DNA from: Polyangiaceae bacterium
GTDB taxonomy: Bacteria > Myxococcota_A > Polyangia > Polyangiales > Polyangiaceae
Assembly (NCBI GenBank): GCA_044222475.1
Contig: JBGANF010000011.1
Location: forward strand, 1-64,000
Reading direction: 5' to 3'
Length of the DNA: 64,000 nucleotides
The position numbers and the translations under genes are program-made. The notes beneath the pieces are model-generated. The model made no database searches and had not been told where the DNA came from. It worked only from the letters and a program-made list of their open reading frames with translations. Positions 9,412 through 19,410 of the stretch are shown piece by piece. Every line of letters starts with the position of its first letter. Within the stretch, counting starts at the first letter, position 1.

Positions 9412-11740
9412 ACGGACGGCGCGTGGCCTGCGCCGTAGGGCTTTCGCTGACGCTCCTCGTGGGCGCCGCGACGTCGTGCTCGTCGTCGGCGACGAGCGAG
9501 CCGGTCGTCCCGGTGGCGACCTCGAGCATCGGGCTCTCTTCGTTCGTCGACCCGTTCATCGGCACCGGCAAAGCGGTCACGTCGGACCCGGTACCCAACG
9601 GCCTCACCGGAGCGACGTTCCCCGCCGCCGCTGCTCCGTTCGGCATGGTGCAGATCGGCCCCGACACCGAGTCACTCGACCCGCCCGGCTACCACCATGG
9701 CGACGGCGCCATCACCGGCTTCAGTCTCACCCACCTGAACGGAGCCGGCTGCGCCGGGCTGCGCGACTTCCCGTTCTTTCCTTCGGCGTCGCGCCCCGAC
9801 TTCGGCGCGACCTGGCGCGCTCCGTTCTCGCACCGAAACGAGCACGCTTCGCCTGGATTCTACGAGGTCACCCTCGACGGCGGGATCGTCGTCGACGTGA
9901 CGGCCACGCAGCGCGCGGGCCTGGCCCAATTCACCTTCCCGGAGGGCTCGGACGCTCACGTCGTGCTCGCTGGGGGGTATCGCTCGGACGTCGTGGTCAC
10001 CGCCATCACCGGCTTCGAGGCCCACGTCGCGAACGCAGACACCGTGACCGGCTCGCGCGACGGCGGGCGCTTCTGCTTCACCGACTCCAAGTACCGCCTC
10101 TACTACGCGCTCCGCTTCGATCGATCATTCGCCGCATTCGGCACGGTCGACGGCGGCGAACCGACGGACGGCGCGCGCGACGTGTCGAGCGCGCGGGGCG
10201 GGGTGTTCCTCCGGTTTCCGACGTCGCCGTCGCGCGTCGTTCGGATGAAGGTCGGGCTCTCTTACGTCAGCGTCGAGCATGCGCTCGCGAACCTCGACGC
10301 CGAGATCCCAACGTGGGACTTCGACGCCGTCCACCGCGCGACCGAGGACGCGTGGAACCGCCGGCTCGGCGCCGTTCGCGTCGAGGGCGGCGACGACAGC
10401 GCGAAGCGCTCGCTCTACACCGCGCTCTACCACGTGCTCGTTCAGCCGGCGGTCTTCAGCGACGTCGATGGGAGCTACGTCGGCTTCGACGGCAAGGTGA
10501 AGGTCGACGCCGCGCACCCGCGGTACGCCAATTTCTCCGGCTGGGACGTCTACCGATCTTGGGTTCACTCGCGGCCGCGCTCGCGCCACGGGAGACGAGC
10601 GACTTCATGCGGTCGCTCGTGGAGGCAGGCAAGGAGTGCGGCGCGCTTCCCCGGTGGTCGCTCGCCAACGACGACACCGGCTCGATGATCGGCGATCCCG
10701 CGGTGCCCGCGCTCGCCGGCGCTTACGCGTTCGGCGCGCGCGATTTCGACGCGCCCGCCGCGCTCGCGCTCGCCGTGCAGAGCGCCACCAACCCGACCAC
10801 GAAGTGCAACGCGTCGATCGCGCGGCCCTGCCTCGACGACTATCTCGCCCGCGGCTTCTGCCCCGGCGTCGAGCGGAGCACCCCGAGCGACGGTCACGTC
10901 TCGGTGACCCAGGAGTACGCGGTCGCTGACTACGCCATCGCGCAGCTCGCGGATGCGCTCGGTGATCAGGCGACGCGAGCGACCTTCGTCGCCCGCTCGG
11001 GCAACTGGAAGAACGTGTTCGACGTCGACGCGCCCGGCGGGCCGCTGCCCCAACCGCGCAACCGCGACGACGTCCTCGGGAAACCCAGCTTCATCAAGGT
11101 CCCGCCCGAAGGCAACGCGGGGTTCACCGAAGGAAACCCTGCACAATACACGTTCTTCGTTCCCCACGATCCGTATGGGCTCATCGCGCTTCTCGGCGGC
11201 GACCAGTCGGCGGTTGCTCGCCTGGACGATCTCTTCGTCGAGCTCAACGCGGGCATCTCGCGGCCTCGCTTCTACATGGGCAACGAGCCCCAGTTCGCGA
11301 CACCGTGGCTCTATGCCTTTGCGGGCGCGCCGTACAAGACCCAGGGAGTCGTGCGGCGAATCCTCCGCGAGACGTACGCGGCCACGCCGGGTGGTCTGCC
11401 CGGAAACGACGACCTCGGTGCGACGTCCGCGTGGCAGGTCTGGGCCATGCTCGGGCTCTATCCGGCAGTGACCGCGTCGGGGACGCTCGTGATCGGGAGC
11501 CCCTGGTTCGACAAGACCACCGTCACGTGGGGTTCTGGAAAGACGCTCGTCATCACGACGAAGGGGGCGAGCGCGGATGCGCCCTACGTGCAGAGCCTCA
11601 GGCTCTCGGGCCAAGAGATCACGCGGAGCTGGCTACGCTGGGACGAGCTCGCGACCGACGTGACGCTGGATTTCACGCTGGGCCCGACGCCGAACGTCGC
11701 CTTCGGAGCAGCACCGGCGGATCGGCCGCCACTGAAGTGA
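9408..11740 (+). pseudogene. GH92 alpha-1,2-mannosidase (lipoprotein), split by a 1-nt frameshift near 10567
   Basis: N-half (VDPFIGT, PFGMVQ, GFSLTHLNGAG, FSGWDVYRS) and C-half (MIGD, FTEGN, GNEP, PGNDDLG, GLYP) lie in different frames, joined at TGG GTT CA^CTC GCG. Confidence 0.85.
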
Positions 11741-11743
11741 CGA

Positions 11744-12244
11744 TCAGCAGGGGCCGAGCGGCGTCGACGTCGACACCTTCGTCACGTGCACCTTGATCCG
11801 ATCGCTCCACCCGACGCCCTTCAAGCCGAAGAGCTCCTTCGTCACGAGCGGCGACACGTCGAGGATCGGTCCGCCGACGGCGTTCTCGACGCACACGTCC
11901 GGCCCGTAGTCGTCGGTCTTGGCGACGACGCACTTTCCGTTTGCTTCGATCTTGATGCGGGAGCCGCACCCGTACCGCTGGCGCGACGCGGCGTAGTACC
12001 AGCTGCCGTGCTTGGTGTACGTCCCGCACGACATGATGCCGTCGTCGCTCGAGCTGCTGCCGAACGTCGTCACGTAGTACGTGCCCGACGACGGGATCAC
12101 GTAGGACGCCTTGCCGCGGCATCCCTTGAGCTCCTGGTCGGTGTTCCCGATGCTCGAGCTCACGTCACCCTCCTCGGTCGTGCTGGACGAGCACGCGGCG
12201 GCGACGACGAAGAGGACCGGGACGACGACGGAGAGTTTGCGCAT
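11744..12244 (-). CDS. Lipoprotein with RlpA/expansin-like double-psi beta-barrel domain
   Basis: Lipobox AAAC; YYAAS..CGSRIKI..CVVAKTDDYGP..ILDVSP pattern. Confidence 0.7.
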   Translation of the reverse strand: MRKLSVVVPVLFVVAAACSSSTTEEGDVSSSIGNTDQELKGCRGKASYVIPSSGTYYVTTFGSSSSDDGIMSCGTYTKHGSWYYAASRQRYGCGSRIKIEANGKCVVAKTDDYGPDVCVENAVGGPILDVSPLVTKELFGLKGVGWSDRIKVHVTKVSTSTPLGPC

Positions 12245-12256
12245 GCCCCCCCTAGA

Positions 12257-12270
12257 GCAAGCGCGATGCC
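12257..12270 (-). promoter_or_regulatory. Putative sigma-54 promoter (GGCATCGCGCTTGC)
   Basis: GG-N10-GC ending TTGC; the -12 C lies 13 nt before ATG 12244. Confidence 0.65.
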
Positions 12271-12413
12271 GTCGCTTTCACCCATGCGCCGTCGCGAGCC
12301 GCCGCGAGCGCCAATGTAGGTGTGCGACGAAACCCTGGAAAAGAAGCCTCGCGCGGGGCCGCGAGGTCGATCGGCCGATGCTCATGGTGCGCGGTCGATC
12401 CACCGTAACGAAG

Positions 12414-13799
12414 TTACGGACTTTCGGAAGCGACCGAGACGACCCACCCGTGGGGCTCGAACGCCGTCGTCTCGGGATCGAATGCCTCGTCCCACGTCGA
12501 CACGTTCGTGCCCACGAGGAGGACGGACTCCGAGGCGTCGAGCTCGCCGACGCTGAGCGCGGCCTCGGTCGCCTTGTCGGCCACGCCGAACGGGAGCCGC
12601 TGGGTGATCGCTCCTCGCGCGTCGAGCTTCAGTGCGACCCACCGCAGCTTCGCGAGCTGCTCCCACTGGATCTCGACTCTCAGGCGCGTGCCGGGGAGCG
12701 CGCCGGCGCGGCGAACGCGGATCGTGGTCGCTCCAGTCGGCGCGAGACCGGCAGACATGGCCACGCTCTTGGTCGTTCCCGTCGCCGGCCATGGGAGGTC
12801 GAAGTCCGGCGCGAGTGGCGCGCCGATCGCGCCGATCTCGGGCGACTCCGACAGCGCATTGCCGAGGAAGGCTCGCGCGACCGCGAAGCTGACGAACACG
12901 TCGTGGATGGTCGAGCCGGTGAAGAGGGCGCCCTTCATGCTCTCGCGGAGCACGTCGAAGGCGTCCGGATCCGACGCGAACACGTCGGCTCCGCGCATGG
13001 TCTTCGTGGCCGACATCGCCCAGAGCGCGCGGACGATCCCGCCGGGCGTCTGGGCGTACGCGTCGTCGAGCCAGCCGAAGAACACGCCAGCGCCGTCCGC
13101 TGCTCGGCGGCTGTACCCATCGGGGACGAGCTTCGTGATCGGGTAGAGCCCTCGCTCGGGGTGCGACTGCAGGATCTCGGCGCCGTCGGGCGCGCCGAGC
13201 GCGCACGGAACCGCGAGTCGAGTCAGCGCGCTCGCCTCGGCGCGGGCGGTGGTCTCGTCGGTGCCTGGGCTGGCCCGGAACGCGATCGCGCGGAACAGCT
13301 CGCGCGCGAGGGCTCGGTCGAGGCTGCACCCCCGCAGACGGGAGTCGGCTAACGAAACCGCGGAGGCCCGGTCCCGGGTCCCCAGGCCGTCGCGCTCTCG
13401 GAGGTACGTGACCCCCGGCGAGTCCAGGGTCGGCACGAGGTATACGTCGTAAGTTCCGGAGACGAGGCCCCGGTCGGGCGGCGGAAGGCCCAGCGGTCCG
13501 GTCGCCGTTTCCCACACGCGGTCGAGGGTGGCGATCGCCTCGAGGATCGGATCGCCCGGGCCGCCGTGGACGCACAGATCGTGGCGAAAAGAGCAGGCGC
13601 GAAGGCGCTCGGGGCCGACGTGGAGCTGGCTCGCGGGCGGAGTCGTGGGGACGCCGACCTCGACGGGCGGGGCGAGCAGGCCTCCGTCGGACGGAGGCGC
13701 TTCGGCGCGCACGCTCGCCGCCACGCTCGTCGCCGCGACGAAAGCGAGCGCGCCCCACGGAAGGTGCTGTGACCGGCGATTTGACACGCTCTTTCGCAC
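12414..13799 (-). CDS. Secreted hypothetical protein resembling a degenerate zincin metallopeptidase (start uncertain)
   Basis: Signal peptide; ARELFRAIAF in place of an AHExxH motif; beta-rich C-terminus. Confidence 0.65.
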   Translation of the reverse strand: MRKSVSNRRSQHLPWGALAFVAATSVAASVRAEAPPSDGGLLAPPVEVGVPTTPPASQLHVGPERLRACSFRHDLCVHGGPGDPILEAIATLDRVWETATGPLGLPPPDRGLVSGTYDVYLVPTLDSPGVTYLRERDGLGTRDRASAVSLADSRLRGCSLDRALARELFRAIAFRASPGTDETTARAEASALTRLAVPCALGAPDGAEILQSHPERGLYPITKLVPDGYSRRAADGAGVFFGWLDDAYAQTPGGIVRALWAMSATKTMRGADVFASDPDAFDVLRESMKGALFTGSTIHDVFVSFAVARAFLGNALSESPEIGAIGAPLAPDFDLPWPATGTTKSVAMSAGLAPTGATTIRVRRAGALPGTRLRVEIQWEQLAKLRWVALKLDARGAITQRLPFGVADKATEAALSVGELDASESVLLVGTNVSTWDEAFDPETTAFEPHGWVVSVASESP

Positions 13800-13850
13800 C
13801 CCTCTATAACCGTCTTTCACGGGAGAATTTAGCCCGAAGGGCACACGATC

Positions 13851-14402
13851 ATGGCCGAAAGCGTCGATTTGTCACACGCGGTGACGTTCCACCTGCCCAC
13901 GGGCTCCGTCCGTACGGCGGACGACTCGAACGCCGCGATTGTTCCCACGTCGGCCCTCGCCGAGCTCGTCCGCAGCAGCCCAACCGAGGCGCGCGGGCGA
14001 TTCGGAAAGGCGATCGGCGAAGGCATGGGCAACCGCGTCGCGAAGCGGGTCGGCGGTTCGGCCGCGCTGCTCGCCGGTGGGCTCGAGCTCGTGACGACTC
14101 ACCTCGCGGGCGAGGTCGCTCTCGCGGGGCTCGGCACGCTCTCGATCGAGCGTTGGGGTCGCGCCCTCGTGTTTCATTGGACCGGCGTTCCGGTCGAGCT
14201 GTCGGAGGTCCTCGTCGGGATCCTCGAAGGCGCGATCGCTTCGGCGACGGGTCGCAGCGCGACGTGCATCCTGCTCTCGGCCCAAGGTGGCATGCGCTTC
14301 CTCGCGACGAGCGAGCGAGCCGCAGGCCGCGTGCGCGGCTGGATGGACGAAGGCGCGCCCTGGGCCGACGCTCTCACTCGGCTCCAAGGAGGAGCGTCCT
14401 GA
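13851..14402 (+). CDS. Stand-alone V4R/XylR-N-like protein
   Basis: VTFHLPTGSV, GKAIG, LAGLGTL, GILEGAIASATG pattern. Confidence 0.55.
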   Translation: MAESVDLSHAVTFHLPTGSVRTADDSNAAIVPTSALAELVRSSPTEARGRFGKAIGEGMGNRVAKRVGGSAALLAGGLELVTTHLAGEVALAGLGTLSIERWGRALVFHWTGVPVELSEVLVGILEGAIASATGRSATCILLSAQGGMRFLATSERAAGRVRGWMDEGAPWADALTRLQGGAS

Positions 14403-14404
14403 AC

Positions 14405-15328
14405 ATGGGATCGAAAGAGAAGATCGGCATGCTCGAGTCGCTCCTCGCGCGCATTCGCACGCGCGCCGCGGAGCCCAGGCCCGTCGCGATGGCCGCCGAG
14501 GCTGCACCGGTCGCCCCCGCGATGACCGGTCCAGTCACTGCGCCGCCGCCGCCCGAGGCTGCCGTCGCCCTTCGCCAAGCGTCTTCGCCGGAGATCGCCG
14601 CCGTCGCTCCGCCGGTGCACGAAGCTCCGCCTCCGATGGAGAGCCGCGAGCGCCTCGTCGGCGAGGATCAGAGCCAACCGGAAGAGGTCGTCGAGCTCGA
14701 CGATCGACACATCGTCGCCGACGACGCCGAGGTCTCGGTGTCGGTCGCCGAAGGCGAGATCGACGAGTCGATCCTCGCGGCCGAAGCTGCCGCTGCAGAA
14801 GCAGAAGCAGAGGCGGCTCCGCCGTCGTCGAAGCGCCCCATCAGCGAGCCCCTCGCGGAGCCGATGCCGGTCGAAGCACCGAAGCACACGCCGCCCCCCG
14901 AGTCGGGCAAGCAGGTCGCCGCGCTCTCGTTCGACGACGACTTCACCGGCGTTCGCGAAGCGAACAAAGGTCCCATGCTCGAGGCGGACCTCTCGGGCGA
15001 ATCCATCCCGCTCGCCTCGCAGCCTCCGGCGGTCGCCGCCGCGAAGCACGAGATGGAGGCCGATCTCCCGACCGGCGCTCAAGCCGCGCCGGGTCAGTTC
15101 ACGCCGGACCTCGTCCCTGCGGCTGCGCCGACGCCGAAGCCGGCGTCGAAGCCCCCGGCGAGCGTGCGCCTCCCGTCGGAGCGTCCGCCGCCCGCGCTCG
15201 CGATGGAGCCCGAGGTCGTGAAGCCGGTGCTCGCGATGTCGGCGAAGCCCGCGGTGTTCGAGGGCTCGATCTCGGCGTTCAAGCCGACGACCTTCGCCGA
15301 GCTGCTCGACGCGTCGCTGTCGCTCTAG
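14405..15328 (+). CDS. Acidic Pro/Ala/Glu-rich, largely disordered protein
   Basis: GGAGGA RBS; short helical N- and C-terminal segments flank the low-complexity region. Confidence 0.75.
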   Translation: MGSKEKIGMLESLLARIRTRAAEPRPVAMAAEAAPVAPAMTGPVTAPPPPEAAVALRQASSPEIAAVAPPVHEAPPPMESRERLVGEDQSQPEEVVELDDRHIVADDAEVSVSVAEGEIDESILAAEAAAAEAEAEAAPPSSKRPISEPLAEPMPVEAPKHTPPPESGKQVAALSFDDDFTGVREANKGPMLEADLSGESIPLASQPPAVAAAKHEMEADLPTGAQAAPGQFTPDLVPAAAPTPKPASKPPASVRLPSERPPPALAMEPEVVKPVLAMSAKPAVFEGSISAFKPTTFAELLDASLSL

Positions 15329-16932
15329 CGCTTCGCATCCTTCAGGGGTGCGTCGTGCACCGTCCAGCCGCGCTTCGCGTCATGCTCGACCGCGATCCCG
15401 TAGGCGCCGGGCGGAAGATCCCCGACGATCTTCGCGTGGTGTGCGTCGATCGCGATGACGTGACGCTTCTTGTCCGTCGTGACGAGGTAGCCGTCGACGA
15501 CGCGCGCGTAGTCGAGCGGCCCCACGACGTCCGCAGGGAGGGGGAGCGCGGCGAACGCGAGCGCGCCGGTCGGTGCGCCGTGAAACTCCGGCGTCGGGTC
15601 GTCCTTCGAGCAAGCGAGCCCATCGTGAACGAGCTCGCACCGCCCGGCAGGAACACCGAGGTCGACGGTCGTCACGCGCAGGGGATCGCCGCTCGACGGC
15701 ACCCACGCGATGGAACCGTTGGTGGGGATGCGCAGGTAGTCCGCGCTGTCGCTCGAGAGCGGCGCGGTCTCGGCGAAATGCGCGAACAGCGGCGCCTGTC
15801 GAACTTGGGCCTCGCCGATCTTCCACCGGAAGATCACGTGCCCGAGCACGCCGACGACGTCGCCGTTCTTTCCGAGCGAGACGCGCGCGCCGTAGCTCAC
15901 CGAGCCGACGGAGAACCCGATGAGCGATCCTTTCGTGCCGTCGGGGTGGAGGACGTCCAGCGACGCGCTGTCGAGCGCGACGACGAGGTCGCCGTTGGGC
16001 AGGAGCACGAAGTCGCTGACGTCGTTGTCGAACTCGTGGCTCGACAGCGCACGTGGGCTTCCGCTCGCCGGTCCGTCGTAGGGCCACACGTCGTTGTCGT
16101 TGCCGCCGGTGTACAGGCGGTCGCGCGCAGCGTCGTACGCGACCGCGTTTTGGTCCCGTCGCACGCCGTGGCCGATGTACGCCAGGTGATCGAGGACCTT
16201 CGCCTTGGTCGTTCGGTCGACGACCAGCGTGGTGTCGTCGTCGTTGCCGTACGCGATCGCCCGCTTTCCGATGAAGCACGCGTCGTTCACCGCGCCCGTC
16301 GAGTCGTAGTGCTCGGTGGTACCGGTCGCCACGTCGACGATCGTGACCGAGCTCTCGCTCCGAGAGACGACGGCAAGCTCGGTACCATCTTGGGAAAACC
16401 GAATCCGCGACGCCTCGTCGGTCTCGACGAAGCGGATGCGCCGAAGGTCCGGGAACGCGCGGACGTCGACTCCGCAGCGGTTGCCCGCGCACGTGCCGAA
16501 CGCGAAGACCAACCCGTCGGGGCTGGACGCGACGTCGCCGCTCGCGTCGCGGAAGAGGCGCGCGCGCACCGCCAGCGCATCTCCCTCGACGAGGAAGAGC
16601 CCGCTCGCGGCGAGCGCGAGGATCCACTCCCCGTGCGCGCCGACGCTCGCTGCGGCGATCGGCTCGTGGGGATGGAAGGTGCCGTCGCTCGACCGCGCGC
16701 CGACGAGCACGGTCCTCGGTCGGTCTTCGATCGTGAGGTCACCCCATGTGCCGAGCTCCGGGGACATCGTCTCGATCATCGCCGCCGGCGTCGGGAGAGC
16801 GGGGAGCGTGCTCGCGATCGGGCGCTGCGCGACCTTGAGCGCTATGGCCGGTTTCGGCGCCGAGTGACTCCGCTTGCACGCGGCCAGGGCGACGAACGCG
16901 GCGAGCGAAAGGAAGCGAAGAAGCGGTCTCAT
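15325..16932 (-). CDS. WD40-like beta-propeller lipoprotein
   Basis: Lipobox LAAC; SPDG, FSQDG, YTGGNDNDVW blade motifs. Confidence 0.75.
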   Translation of the reverse strand: MRPLLRFLSLAAFVALAACKRSHSAPKPAIALKVAQRPIASTLPALPTPAAMIETMSPELGTWGDLTIEDRPRTVLVGARSSDGTFHPHEPIAAASVGAHGEWILALAASGLFLVEGDALAVRARLFRDASGDVASSPDGLVFAFGTCAGNRCGVDVRAFPDLRRIRFVETDEASRIRFSQDGTELAVVSRSESSVTIVDVATGTTEHYDSTGAVNDACFIGKRAIAYGNDDDTTLVVDRTTKAKVLDHLAYIGHGVRRDQNAVAYDAARDRLYTGGNDNDVWPYDGPASGSPRALSSHEFDNDVSDFVLLPNGDLVVALDSASLDVLHPDGTKGSLIGFSVGSVSYGARVSLGKNGDVVGVLGHVIFRWKIGEAQVRQAPLFAHFAETAPLSSDSADYLRIPTNGSIAWVPSSGDPLRVTTVDLGVPAGRCELVHDGLACSKDDPTPEFHGAPTGALAFAALPLPADVVGPLDYARVVDGYLVTTDKKRHVIAIDAHHAKIVGDLPPGAYGIAVEHDAKRGWTVHDAPLKDAKR

Positions 16933-17038
16933 GACCGATCCTACGGCGCCTCTCGCGGCACGTTCCCACCCGGAAATGTGCGAAATTTCGACGCATGATC
17001 GCGGCGCCATGCCACGGAGCGTACGCGGTGCCGATCCG

Positions 17039-17725
17039 TCAGAGGTTGATCCACACGACGAGGAGCCCGGTCGGCCCAAAACGGGACACGCCGGAGCCGC
17101 CGCGGTCGATGGTCTGGATCATGAACGTGGGCTCGAGCCAGAGCTGCTTCAGCGGTCGGATTTGCACGCCCACGCCGACGCGGTTCTGGGAGAAGCCGCC
17201 GCGGATGCTCGGCGCCGGCGAGTTGAGATCGAGGAAGATCTCGTCCCACACCACGGCCCCCACGATCGAGCCCTTGGGCATCCACACCGCGCGCGCCATG
17301 TAGCGCAAGCGGAACGCCACGCTGGGCACGCCCTCGATGACGCGCTCTTCGAACCGAAGCCGCTGGACCAGGGTGACGTCCCCGAGCGGCGCCGTGTGCA
17401 TCGCCTGCTGCCAGGGGCGCTGCTCGTCGTTGAACTTCGGGTTGAACGTCGGCGTCCAGGCGTAGCCAGCGTGCAAGGTGAACCCGTGCGGCAGCGCGAC
17501 GCCGAGCGCAGGTCGCAGGAGGAGCTGCTGCGCTTGGGTGCCCTGGTCGAACTCGTTCAGGCGAAACTGGGCCTCGGCGAACCAGCGGAGAGGACCGTAG
17601 ATCTTCCCCTGACCGATGACCTGCGCCCACGCCTGACCGTCGACGTCGGCGGCGCGAGCGCTCGTGGGTGCGACGAGGAGAGCGAGCACCAGGAGCGTCG
17701 AGACGATGCGTCGCACCTGGCGCAC
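17039..17725 (-). CDS. DUF2490-like outer-membrane beta-barrel protein
   Basis: Signal peptide; EQRPWQQ, QRLRFEER, RLRY, DEIF, GFSQNR. Confidence 0.85.
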   Translation of the reverse strand: MRQVRRIVSTLLVLALLVAPTSARAADVDGQAWAQVIGQGKIYGPLRWFAEAQFRLNEFDQGTQAQQLLLRPALGVALPHGFTLHAGYAWTPTFNPKFNDEQRPWQQAMHTAPLGDVTLVQRLRFEERVIEGVPSVAFRLRYMARAVWMPKGSIVGAVVWDEIFLDLNSPAPSIRGGFSQNRVGVGVQIRPLKQLWLEPTFMIQTIDRGGSGVSRFGPTGLLVVWINL

Positions 17726-17756
17726 GATAGCGAGGTTGTCGGACGAAGTGAATCGT

Positions 17757-19379
17757 TCAGGGCTTACGGCCGACGAGCTTCACGGTCGAGGTCGATGCGT
17801 AGCCGCGGACCATCACGTAGACGTCGCTGGTCGACTTGACCTCGACCTCGCAGCGCTCCTTCGAGCCGCCGAGGAACGGACGGCAGTCGTAGAGCTTCGT
17901 CGTCGGGGCTGCGCCGACCTTGACGTAGAGGTCCGCGTCGCCGGTGCCCTCGATGGTGAAGGCGTACTTGCCGGGCGCGAGCTTCGACGCGGAGAAGCGC
18001 TTCTCGGCCGAGCGGGTGACGGTGAACGACTCGTTGAGGCCCTTCCAGCCGTCGGCCGGGGGCGGGGGCGGGTTCGCGCCGGGCGTGAACGCGTTGTCTT
18101 CCTCACCGGTGACGACGACCGCTTGCGAGCGATCGATGTCCGCGAAGATCTGTTGGTACGTCTTCGGACTCGAGTACGAGAGGAGGCCCTTGAAGATCGC
18201 GAGCGACGCGTAGGGCATCGAGCTGAAGAACGAGGGCATCGTGTTGGTGACGATGTCCATGTACTTCGTGCCGGTCGGGTCGTCCGTGTTGATGGCGGCG
18301 CGGGTCTCGGCCATCGAGCCGTCGACGTAGGCGAACGTGTCGCAGCCGTTCATGAACATGATGAGGTACTGGCCCTTCACGAACGTGCCGTGCTTCGCGA
18401 GCGCGCGGACGTTCTGGCCGAGACCGGCGTGGCCGTTGTAGCTGATGAGGTCGGCCTTGGTGCTGAGCGCGTTGTAGCGGGTGTAGAAGCTCTGCGGAGC
18501 GCTCGACACGTTGTCGACGAGGAGGGCGGTGACGTTGACCTTCTTGCCGTCGGGGAGCTTGGCGGAGATCGTGACGTCGGGGTTGGCGACGCCGGGGCTC
18601 GCCGGGATGCTCGCCGGGGTCGTCGTGACCTGGAAGGTCGAGAGCGCGTTGCGGATCGCCGTGACGTAGCTGTTGTAACCGTCGATGCCGACGTCGCTCG
18701 TCGCGCCGTCCTCGAACTTGCCGAAGACGCTGACGACGTTCAGCTCGCCGTCGGCCCAGACCTTGTCGTACTCGGGGTACTTGCCGGTCGTGTTGAGCTT
18801 GGAGACCTTGACCGTCGCGGTGAACTTCACGACGTCGGCTTCCTTGAGCGCGCAGCCGCTCAGCGAGGGGCGGTAGTAGTACCACATCGATCCGGAGTCG
18901 ACGTCGTGCGCGCCGTGCTCGACGCACGAGTGCATGTACGAGGTCGTGAACGCCTGGAAGCCGGAGTAGCTCGCCACCTTCGGCATCGTGAACGAGTAGC
19001 TGGTCGGGACGGCGTCCTTCTTGCCCCACGAGACCGGCATCTTCGCGTGGTACGAGACCTTGGTCGTACCGTCGGCTTGCTGCTCCTTCTTCACGTTGGT
19101 GAGCTCGAGCGCGTCGAGGCGGCCAACCGAGCGATCGCCGTTGAGGTGACCGATCGTGTAGAGCATCTGATCGTTGATGGTGCCGTTCAGGTCCCACGCG
19201 GAGTCGGTGACGAGCGAGCCGTCGAACTCGAAGTCGAGGAGGATCGCTTCGCTGCTCGAGTACGCCGAGGCGAGGTCGTCGTCGTCGCTCACGTCTTCGC
19301 CGGTGGAGGCGCTGCAGGCCATGGCGGTCGAGGCGAGGAGGGCGAGGGCGAAGGGAGCGAGCGTGGAGCGCTTGATCAT
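17757..19379 (-). CDS. Lipoprotein with putative clan-CD (His-Cys) peptidase domain and C-terminal PPC domain
   Basis: Lipobox AMAC; YNGHAGLG and MFMNGCDT; PPC motif GTGDADLYVK..PT..YDCRP..ERC. Confidence 0.8.
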   Translation of the reverse strand: MIKRSTLAPFALALLASTAMACSASTGEDVSDDDDLASAYSSSEAILLDFEFDGSLVTDSAWDLNGTINDQMLYTIGHLNGDRSVGRLDALELTNVKKEQQADGTTKVSYHAKMPVSWGKKDAVPTSYSFTMPKVASYSGFQAFTTSYMHSCVEHGAHDVDSGSMWYYYRPSLSGCALKEADVVKFTATVKVSKLNTTGKYPEYDKVWADGELNVVSVFGKFEDGATSDVGIDGYNSYVTAIRNALSTFQVTTTPASIPASPGVANPDVTISAKLPDGKKVNVTALLVDNVSSAPQSFYTRYNALSTKADLISYNGHAGLGQNVRALAKHGTFVKGQYLIMFMNGCDTFAYVDGSMAETRAAINTDDPTGTKYMDIVTNTMPSFFSSMPYASLAIFKGLLSYSSPKTYQQIFADIDRSQAVVVTGEEDNAFTPGANPPPPPADGWKGLNESFTVTRSAEKRFSASKLAPGKYAFTIEGTGDADLYVKVGAAPTTKLYDCRPFLGGSKERCEVEVKSTSDVYVMVRGYASTSTVKLVGRKP

Positions 19380-19394
19380 GGTGCCCCCGCTAGA

Positions 19395-19410
19395 GCAAGG
19401 ATGGTGCCAA
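19395..19410 (-). promoter_or_regulatory. Sigma-54 promoter (TTGGCACCATCCTTGC)
   Basis: Near-consensus TGGCAC-N5-TTGC upstream of ATG 19379. Confidence 0.8.
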
